Below, in pieces: positions 1 to 9,300 of a stretch of DNA of 39,457 nt; within the stretch, counting starts at the first letter, position 1, and every line of letters begins with the position of its first letter. Origin of the DNA: Parvularia atlantis (lineage: Eukaryota); assembly GCA_943704415.1 (NCBI GenBank), contig CALSCO010001754.1, positions 1 through 39,457 of the forward strand, read 5' to 3'. The notes beneath the pieces were generated by a model. The model did no database searches, had not been told where the DNA came from, and saw only the letters and a list, made by a program, of their open reading frames with translations. The translations under genes and the position numbers were made by a program.

Positions 1-208
1 GGGGGGGCGGCAACGGGCGCGCTGAGGTCAGGCGCGCAACGGGGGGCGCACGCGCGCGCGCGCCACTCACGCGTCGCGGGCGGGTTTATGCACGCCGGCT
101 CGACGACGTGCCTGGCCTCCCAGGGGAAATTTTTTGCGCCACGCCTTCGAGGCGCTGCATGTCGGCTCGCTGAACGGCCCGTTCGTTGACGCACGTGCTA
201 GGACGCAG

Positions 209-560
209 ATGCAGCGCGCACTCACTGCCCTGCGCCGGCGCTCGCGCGTGGGCGCCGAGCCGTCTGCAGACGTGACGGGTGGGGCGAATGCCGATTCCGC
301 CGCCAATGCCGTGACCGCCGCGCACGACACGGCCAAGAGCAGCGCCGCCGCGTGGGCCCCGAGATGGCTGCAGTTCCGCCGGCCGCGCGCCAAGAAGGCG
401 TTCTCGACGCTGGGTGCGTGAGACGCCGCTGCGACGCCGCGTGCGACATCAATAGTGACGCGATGCATCGTAGACATCCGGCCCGACCGCCTCACCGACA
501 TCGAGCAGCAGGCGCTGAGCAAGCACCAGCAGCACCAGAAGGAGCACCAGCACCAGAAGG

Positions 561-591
<31 letters not shown>

Positions 592-2413
592 GGAGCAGGA
601 TGCGCCCGCATGCAAGCCGCAGCCGCAGCCGCAGCAGCCGCAGCCGCAGCCGCAGCCGCAGCCGCAGCCGGCCAAGCAGGCGCCAGCGCCGTTCGAGGAC
701 CTTGTCGGGCTGCCGTCGTCGGCCAGCATCCTGCGCTCGCGCCGCGAGGAGGCGACGCTCGTGCTCCTGGGCAAGATCGCGCTGCACGGCGACTTTGCGG
801 CGCGGTACGAGCTCGTGGGCGAGCTCGGCGTGGGCGCGTTCGGCTTTGTGCTGCTGGCGCGGCAGCGCGCGACGGGGACGCCTGTCGCGGTCAAGCTCAT
901 CTCGCGCGCGAGCGTGAGCGCGTCCAGCCTCGTGCCCGACGTCGAGCACGGCCTCGTGCCGGCCGAGATCGCCGTGCTACGCCGCGTCGAGCACCGCAGC
1001 ATCATCCGCTACCTCGACAGCTTCGTCGACCAGCTCTTCTTCTACATCGTGACCGAGATGCACGGGTGCTCGTGGGCCCCGACCTCGCAGTTTGACCACC
1101 TGCGCCACCGGCCCGAGGGCAACGCGCCGTTCTCAGACCCGCTCGGCGACCTCTACGCGAGCCGGCGCAGCAGCATCGCCGCCTCATCGACCGCGCCGCG
1201 GCGCCCGCGTGCTGCCGGCGTGGCCGCGCTCCGGACCGAGGCCGCGGACCAGAAGCGCCCCTTTGGCGAGAGCCCGACGACGTCGCTGTCGACCATCACG
1301 AGCGCCTCATCGCACCACGGCTCGGTCGGGTCGCTCGATCTCGAGGGCGACGCCGACGCCGACGACAGCGCGGCCGGCATGGACACGGGTGACGAGACCG
1401 ACGAGAGCGAGGAGGCGAGCGGGAAGCTGCTGGCGTCGCCGAGCCGCGACGCCGACGACGAGGACGAGGAGCTGCCGCTGCCGCGTGCGGCCCGGGCCGA
1501 GGCCGGCGGCAACGGGCTGCGGCGCACGGTGACGCTGGGCAACCTCGCCGACGAGGATGAGACGCAGGCGGCCATGTCGCCGCGGCCGTCGCACCACCAG
1601 CACCTCGGGCACTCGGCCGCCGGCGCCAATGCACCCGTCGCCGCGCGCTCGCCGTCCATGACCGCGCCCCGCGCCGCCCCATCGATCATCGGCCGCCGTC
1701 ACCGCCGCGCATCGCTCGCCGCGTCCATGTTCAGTCGCCAGACGAGCCCCTCAGCGCGGCTGCTGCACACGAGCGCGCCGCTCTTGCGCCGCGAGTCGTT
1801 CATCACGCCGCCGAGTCACCCGGTCGAGCGCGCGCCGCGCCGGCGCACGGCGTCCGACCCGAGCAACCAGCGCTTCCTGCCGCTCGCGCTGCGCCGGACG
1901 TACACGCACGACCTGTTTGACTGCATCGAGCACTTCCGGCGGCTGCCCGAGCGCCTGGCGCGGCACGTGTTTGCGCAGGTGGTGGACGCGCTTGAGTACC
2001 TGCACGGGCAAAACCTGTGTCACGGCGACATCAAGGACGAGAACATCCTGGTGGACCGGCGGTTCAACGTGCGCCTGGTGGACTTTGGGGCGTGCACGCC
2101 GCTGGACCGGGCCGGGAGGCTCAAGGACTTCACGGGCACGATCCACTACGCCGCGCCCGAGGTGATCGAGGGCAGCGCGTTCAGCCCGGCCGCGGCCGAG
2201 GTCTGGACGCTGGGCATCCTGCTCTTCACCATGGTCACGGGCTCGACGCCGTTCCCGAGCGTGCACCAGGCGATCGCGGGCGTGTACCAGCGGCCGCGCG
2301 GGGTCTCGCCGGCGTGCATGGACCTGATCAACCGGTGCCTGCAGCCGCACCCGTACTTCCGCGTCTCGCTGGCCTCGATCCGCGCGCACGAGTGGCTGGC
2401 GGGCAAGGCGTGA
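209..2413 (+). CDS. Ser/Thr protein kinase, PASK/CAMKL-like (no PAS domain seen), with a large low-complexity insert in the kinase domain; exons 209-413 and 474-2413
   Basis: Kinase motifs GVGAFG, VAVK, HGDIKDENIL, DFG, GTIHYAAPE; the TEMHG...DLFDCIE and DIKDEN signatures are PASK-like. A 60-nt GT-AG intron (414-473) joins the ORF from ATG 209 in frame. Confidence 0.85.
522..670 (+). repeat. CAG / CAGCCG coding repeats (poly-Q and QP tract) in the kinase N-terminus
   Basis: Visible (cag)n and (cagccg)n runs encoding QQQQQQQQ and PQPQPQ. Confidence 0.9.
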
Positions 2414-2430
2414 CAGCGAGTGGAGCGAGG

Positions 2431-2454
2431 GAGAGAGAGAGAGAGAGAGAGAGA
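2431..2454. repeat. (GA)n microsatellite just downstream of the kinase stop
   Basis: Perfect GA run. Confidence 0.95.
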
Positions 2455-2651
2455 AGAAGGGAAAGAGCTGTGCAAAGTGTACCAGCAGTGCGCTCAGAGA
2501 GAAGATTATCGAAGACGGCAGCATCCTCGCAGCCTGTGGGGGCTGCTCTGCAGCGCCGCCCGCCACTCGGCGCGGACCCCGCGCGCGAAGGGCGGGTCCG
2601 TCGTCGCGGCGAGCCGCGCCTGCCGGTCGGTCTCATCACCGCGCGAGCGAG

Positions 2652-2653
<2 letters not shown>

Positions 2654-2725
<72 letters not shown>
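2654..2725. repeat. (GA)~36 microsatellite between the convergent kinase and NUXM genes
   Basis: Perfect GA run. Confidence 0.97.
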
Positions 2726-2728
<3 letters not shown>

Positions 2729-2832
2729 TGAAGGCGCACGGGCACCATCCTCACAACGAGCACCAGCCCAGCAAACGAGCACGGTCCACGACACCGCCAG
2801 ACAGAGACAGACATCGGCCAGAGTTGCCGCGG

Positions 2833-3354
2833 TCACTGCAGGCCCGCGCGACGCGCCTCGTCCGCGTTAGGCAGGAGGCCCATGAGCCGGCCTTCAATTA
2901 TTTTCCCCCCGCGCGACACGCACGTGAGCACACGAACGGCAGCAACAGCAGCGCGCACAGACGGCGCACCGGAGCTGTTCTGGTACGCGAGCATGAAGCC
3001 GCCGATGCTCGCGAAGAGGATCGCGCCCGAGACGCCGAGCGTGACGTTCTGCGTCTGCCTCCGCGCTGCCGCGTGGCCCGCGCGCGCACGTCAGGCCATT
3101 GACCAGGTCGCGCCACGTCGCGCGCCGCCCACGCACTGAACCAGAGGCCGTAGGCGTACCCGCCCCCCGTCGCCACGCCCCACAGCGCGTAGTCGTTCTC
3201 GCTGAAGTTGCCCACAACGTCCCAGAAGCGCGGCACCTCCTTCACGACCGGGTACGGCCGCGGGTCGGTCCTGCACCGCCGCCGCGTTGGCGCGCGTGAG
3301 AGGGGAGGGGGGAGGGGGGCCGCGCGCGCACTCGGAGAGGTGCAGGTTCTTCAT
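2833..3354 (-). CDS. NUXM: Mitochondrial complex I accessory subunit, NUXM / 20.9-kDa family; 4 exons
   Basis: Spliced product MKNLHLSETDPRPYPVVKEVPRFWDVVGNFSENDYALWG...IGGFMLAYQNSSGRLMGLLPNADEA; the YPV..P.F..VV.NF...DY and GF..AYQ.S..RLMG..PN motifs are typical of the family. Confidence 0.85.
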
Positions 3355-3473
3355 CCTGGCGGCGTGTGTACGTAGGTGAAGGTCTAACAGTTGTACGTTA
3401 CATCACAGCCGCTGTGCAGATAGCTTGCAGCCTCACGAACACTTGTGCTTTGCTGCACAGCCGCTGCGTACAG

Positions 3474-4972
3474 ATGGGCACAACGGGTCAGGCGTTCCTG
3501 CGCTTCCTCGAGAAGTGGCAGCCGGTGCTGAAGGACTCCAAGTTCAAGGAGACGGGCGTGCTGACGCCGGAGGAGGTGCGGGCGGGCGGGCGCTTGAGCG
3601 GCGCTGATCCGTGACACGCGCGCCCAAGTTTGTCGCCGCGGGCGAGTTTCTCGTCTACAAGTTCCCGTCGTGGCAGTGGTGAGCGCTGCGCGTGCGGGGG
3701 CCGTTGTGCGCTGCGCGTGGTGCTGAGCGCGCGGCAGGGGCGCGGGCGAGGAGGCGAGCCGGCGGCCGTACCTGCCGGCCGACAAGCAGTACCTGGTGAC
3801 GCGCAATGGTGCGCGTGATCTGCGCACACGGCGCGGCGGCTGACGGCTGATCGCGCGTGCGGGGCCGCAGTGCCGTGCTACAAGCGCGTCAAGGACATGG
3901 AGTACGTCGAGGGCGACGAGGAGACGCTGGGCGACGGCGACGGCGACGACTGGCTCGCAACACACGCGTCGGGTTCGCGCACGCGCCTTTGTCAATGCGT
4001 CATCGGCCGCTGAACGCGCGCCCCTCTGCGCGCCGCAGCCAAGAGCAAGGCCGACGAGGAGCCGATCGAGATGCTGCCGTCGTCGGCCAGTGCGAAGCCC
4101 GCGGCACCGCCCGCGAACGACGAGGATGACGACGACGAGTGCGCTCTGTGCCGCCACGCGATGCGCTCGCGGGCTGACGGACTGCGCGCGCGCGCGCCCT
4201 GCAGCGTGCCCGACCTGGAGGACCTGGACCTCGAGAACAACCTGGTCGAGGAGGAGGACCCGGTGCGGCCGGCCGTCTCCACCAGGCGGGCGCGGCGCGC
4301 GCTGAGACCGGTACCCCGCGTGCTCGCAGGCCGCGCTCAAGCCGCAGGCGGACGACAAGGCCACGGGGGACAACATCCTCAAGACGCGCACGTACGACCT
4401 CAGCATCACGTATGACAAGTATTACCAGACGCCGCGCATGTGGCTGTACGGCTACGACGAGGTGCGCGGCGGCGCCGCGACCCCCGCGTCGTTAACTCAC
4501 GAGCCCTCGCGCGCGCAGAACCGGCGCCCGCTCACGCACGAGCAGCTGTACGAAGACATCAGCCAGGACCACGCCAAGAAGACGGTGACGATGGAGCCGC
4601 ACCCGCACCTCAACATCACGCAGGCGTCGATCCACCCGTGCAAGGTGCTGCTGCTGCACCCGCGCCGCTGCCGGCCCGGCCCGCGCTGACCGCGGCCACG
4701 GCCGCCGCAGCACTCAAACGTCATGAAGCGCATCATCGACAACCTGACCGAGAACGGCAAGGAGCTGCGCGTGGACCAGTGCGGGGTGCCGCGTGCGACG
4801 GAAGGGGCGACCGCTCACGTCGCGCGGCGCGCGCACAGGTACCTGCTGCTCTTCCTCAAGTTTGTGTCGGCCATCATCCCGACGATCGGTGAGACGACCC
4901 GGCGGCCGCGCCCCGCCTGACCCGCGCCACCGCGCCGCAGACTACGACTACACGTCGTCGATGGACGCATGA
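3474..4972 (+). CDS. ATG3: Autophagy E2-like conjugating enzyme Atg3; about 11 exons
   Basis: [59 protein letters not shown], catalytic [24 protein letters not shown]; all introns GT-AG. Confidence 0.97.
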
Positions 4973-5093
4973 GCTCGTTCCGTGTGTGCCAGTTGTAGTG
5001 TTCAGAGCTCGGCGTGGTGTGGCCTCGCGGCCGTGCGCGTGCTGAGCACGGCGTCCACACCCGCGGCGTGGCTGAGGTCGCGCACTTTCCACC

Positions 5094-6259
5094 ATGAAGC
5101 TCACGGCCGAGCTCATCAGCCTCTCGGCGCAGTTCACGAACGCGCTGAAAGAGCGCGAGCTGGACCTGCGCTGTGCGCCGTGTTGCCGCGCGCGCGTGTG
5201 CCGTACGCGCACGCTGGTTGCTGATGTGCGCCACGCACCGCAGCCAACAAGATTCCGCAGATCGAGAACCTCGGCGCGACGCTGGTGCGCTGCGCTGCGC
5301 GCTGGTCGACGGCCCTTTCGCGCTGACGCGCACGGTGCGCCGGGCACGCAGGACCAGTTCGACACGATCGACCTGAGCGACAACGAGATCCGGAGGGTCG
5401 AGAACTTCCCGCTGCTCAAGCGGCTGGGCACGCTGCTCATCAGCAACAACCGCGTCGGCCGGGTCGCGCCCGACCTGCAGCAGGCCCTGCCGCGCCTGCA
5501 CACGCTCGTGCTCAACAACAACCTCGTGCGTGCCTACAACCGCACGGGCCGCGTGCGCCTGCATGCTGGCACGTGACGCCATGTGCCGCCCCATGCGCCG
5601 CGCCGCAGCTATCGGAGCTGGCCGATTTGCAGCCGATGGCGCAGCTCACGAGCCTCAGGACACTCTCGCTCATCGACAACCCGTGCACGAGAAAACAGCA
5701 CTACCGTCTCTACGTCGTGCACATCATGCCGCACCTGACCCTGCTCGACTTCCGGCGCATCAAGCTCAAGGTCGGGGGCTGCGCGTCGGCGTATCGGCTG
5801 CATGGCGCTCACGCGTGCGCCTTTGCAGGAGCGGCAGGAGGCCGCCGCGCTGTTCAAGGGCGCCGAGGGCAAGTCGCTTGAGAGCGCCATCAACGCGCAG
5901 CGCACCTTCGTCCCCGGCAGCGTCTCGGACGAGCCCAAGACGGCGGGCCTGTCGGCCGAGGACGCGGCGCGCATCCGGGTGCGCCGCTCCCGTGCGGCTG
6001 CTCGTCAGTGAGGGCTGACGGCCGCGCCGCGCCAGGCCGCTATCAACAACTCGACGTCGCTCGACGAGATCGCCAGGCTCGAGCGCGTGCTCAAGAGCGG
6101 CGGCATGCCCGAGGCGGCCGGTGCGCACACGCTCTTAACTGGCGGACGAGCACTCAGACGCCGCACGTTTGCGCGGAAGGCGCCAACGGCAGCAGCAGCG
6201 GCGGCGGGCTGGCGACGTACATGCAAGGCAACCAGATCGTCGAGATGGAGGAGGACTGA
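5094..6259 (+). CDS. SNRPA1: U2 snRNP A' protein (LRR); 7 exons
   Basis: MKLTAELI...QFTNALKERELDLRSNKIPQIENLGATLDQFDTIDLSDNEIR; LRRcap HYRLYVVH...LLDFRRIK. Confidence 0.95.
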
Positions 6260-6357
6260 GACGGTGCGCGCCACAGCACCAGGGGCAGGCATAGAGGCCG
6301 GCGGCGCTGTGTCGTGTGTTTCGCGCGCGAAAAGAGAGACAGGCTGATACAAGCAAG

Positions 6358-9300
6358 CTACACGGTTGTCTGTGCGGCGAGCACGAGCATGGCGACGACA
6401 AGCGCGTTCGGCACGCCCGCGCTGCGCCCGGCCTCGTCGCTCGCCAGCACGAAGCGCACGATCCGCGTCGCGTCCAGGTACGCCTGCGCGCGGCCACAGA
6501 CACCCGTCAGCAGAAAAACACGAGCACGGGCAGGCACAGCACCAGCGCGATCACGCGGTCAAGCAGATCGTTGTCGGGCGGCAGGGCGCGCTGCAGCGCC
6601 TCGTAGATGTCGAGCAGGCGCAGCTCGAGCACGGCGCGCACGGGCTCGGTGAAAATCTGCGCGGCGGCCGGCTGCTGCTGCGCCGCGAGCGCGTGCGCAA
6701 AGACCTCGGCCTCGCGCTGCGCCATCAGCGGCGCACGCACGTGCCCGAGCGCCAGCACGACCTCGCCAAAGAGCTGCAGCGTCGCGCTCGCGTCCGGCCG
6801 CAGGCTCAGCCGCTGGATGTGCGCCTCGAGCGGCTCGCCAGGAACGACGAGGCGGCACGTCAGCGCCATGTGTTGCAAAATCTCGAGCGTGAGGCGCGAG
6901 AGCGGCGGCAGGTCGACGATGGCCGTGATCTGCAAGAACGGGCCCTGGAAGATCTTGGCGGCCACGACCGCGCCCCACAGCGCCAGCAGCAGCGTGTCCT
7001 CGTACACCTCGCGGTACTCGCCCGCTCGTGCGGCGTCGCCGCGATTGGCGGCCGCGCGCATCGTGCCCTTGCGCGGGATCCACTCGTCGGCCCACTGCCA
7101 CGCGCGCCGCAGCGTGCGCTCGAGCGGCAGCTCGCCCACCGGCGCGCTCGCGAGCTGCAGCGGGTTGGTGAGCACGCGGTCGACCAGCTCGTTCTCTGCG
7201 TCCGCGGTCAGCGTACGTACTGCCCAGCACACGCCGCAGGGCTACGCACCCAGCTGGCCGCACCACTGCGCCGGCGAAAACACTGTGCCCGTGGCCTGGC
7301 ACGCGAGCGCCGTCGTCTGCTGCCGGTCGAGCGCGAGCAGGCACGTCTTGACGTCGTGCAGCGTCACGGGGCTCCCGAGCGCCATTGCGTCGGCCAGGGC
7401 GTCGCCGCCGGTGAAGTAGCGCTGGCACGCGCCACACGGGCACACGATGAGCTGCACGCAGGCGCAGACGCGTCAGAGGGGCAGAGCAGGCAGCGAGAGC
7501 GCACTTCGTCGACGACCTTGACGCCGGGCTGAGCCGCGGCGAGCACGGTGCGAACGTGGCCCGGGACTAAGGCCGTGCCCAGCAGCTGGCTCTGCAGCAG
7601 AGCGAGTGGGCCGGCCGCCGGTGCCGCGGGGCGCAGGAACACAAGCACGAGCGAGCGCGAGCGCGCAAACCACGCCACGAGCGCGCGCCCGTCCTGCTCA
7701 CGCCGGCCGTTGGCCACGAAGCCGTTGCGCCACGACGCGCCCACGTCCAGGTCCAGCAGCGACGCGCGGCGCACGTCCACCAGCAGCTCCACGCCGAGAT
7801 CGGCCGCCGGCTGCGGCGCGAGACGAAGCACGCGCACGGTGCTCGTCCACGCTGCCGGCTCGACGCGCCACGGCCGCGCTGGCTGCTGCGCGCCCAGACC
7901 CCACGGCAGGAGCAGCTGCTGCAGGCCCGGCACGGTCGGCGTCTTGGCGTCGGCCGGCTCAAACAGCGGCACGGTCACGCCGAGCTCGCACAGGCACGCC
8001 GAGAAGGCCTCGCGCAGCGGCTTGGCCAGACGACGCCACGGCGGCACCTGGCTGAAGACGTCAGCGTGGCGGAAGACGGGCAGCGGCGTCGTCGTGGCTT
8101 CGCCCACTTGGTCGCGATGCTGGTGCTGCACCCAGCGCGGGAGCATCTGGCGCACGGCCGCGAGCGAGTCACCCAGCCACTCGGCCGCAAACACGATCAG
8201 GTCGCCGCCGGCCGCGCACGCCGCACCGCGGTCGCCGCCGCAGTAGAGCACCTCGCCCAGCGCGTGCAAGAAGCTCAGCGCCCGCGCAACCTCGCCGCCA
8301 TCCCGCACGCCGTCGACGTCGGCCCGGCGCGCGACCGGTACGAGCCACCGGCGCGCCTTGACGACCGTCGCACCCACGAGCGGTGCCGTGCCGCCAGCTG
8401 CCGTCGCTGCGCCCGCACCGCCGCCGCTGCCATCGAGCGCTGAGTCGCCGGACGCAGCCGCCGGACCGCGCCGCCGCTCGAGCGGGATGCGCTCCTCGAC
8501 GTCGGTGAGCGAGAGCCGCTCGATGCCGTCGGCCTCGTCGTCGTCGCTGAGGGCTCCGCTCGCGGCCGCACCGCCTCGACGCCACAGCCGGTTGTGCGGG
8601 CGCAGTTCGGGGCTGGCGGGCGAGGCGCTGCGCTGCGCGTTGGCGGGATGGGCGAGCTGGCGCACGTCGTCCGACTGCGAGAACGAGAGCGAGTTGCTTT
8701 TGGGGCGCATCTTGCCCGTGCGCGGCGACTGCAGCCCGGGCGCGGCGAGGCCATCGCCGACGTCGATGCTGACGATCGTGTTGGAGTGCGCGCTCGTGAA
8801 CACCTGCAGCACGCCCGGCGACGTCGGCCGGCTGCCCGGGTTGCTGCTGCCGCCGCCGCCGCCGCCGCCCGCGTCGCCGCCCAAGCCCGTGCTGGGCGAG
8901 CGGTGCCCGCCGCCGCCACCGCCGAACCAACTCGACAGCGCAAAGCCCGACGACGCGTGCGGTAGCGGCTGGTGCAGCGCCGTGCGGCTCGAGAGCAGCT
9001 GCAGATGCTCCTCGCGCACGCGGTCGACCAGCGCCTGGTCGCGCCAGCGCCAGATCTGCCGCCACACGTCCGCGTACGTCGGCGGCAGGTCCATCGCGAC
9101 ATACGGGCGCGTGCCGACGATGGTCAGGAGGTGGTTGCGCAGCAGCTGCACGTCTGCGCGCTCGTGCAGGTTGAGGCAAGGGATGATGTGCATCGACCCG
9201 GCCAGGTGCGCGCGCTCGACGGCCGAGCTGACCACGGCCAGGCACACCTTGGCAAACGCGTGCTTCTGCGCGGGCGTGGGCCGGTCGACGCCGAGCGCGC

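Noticed and set aside
2420..2836. ORFs with (ER)n or (SL)n tracts, also at 18712-19501
   Set aside because: Translations of (GA)n microsatellites.
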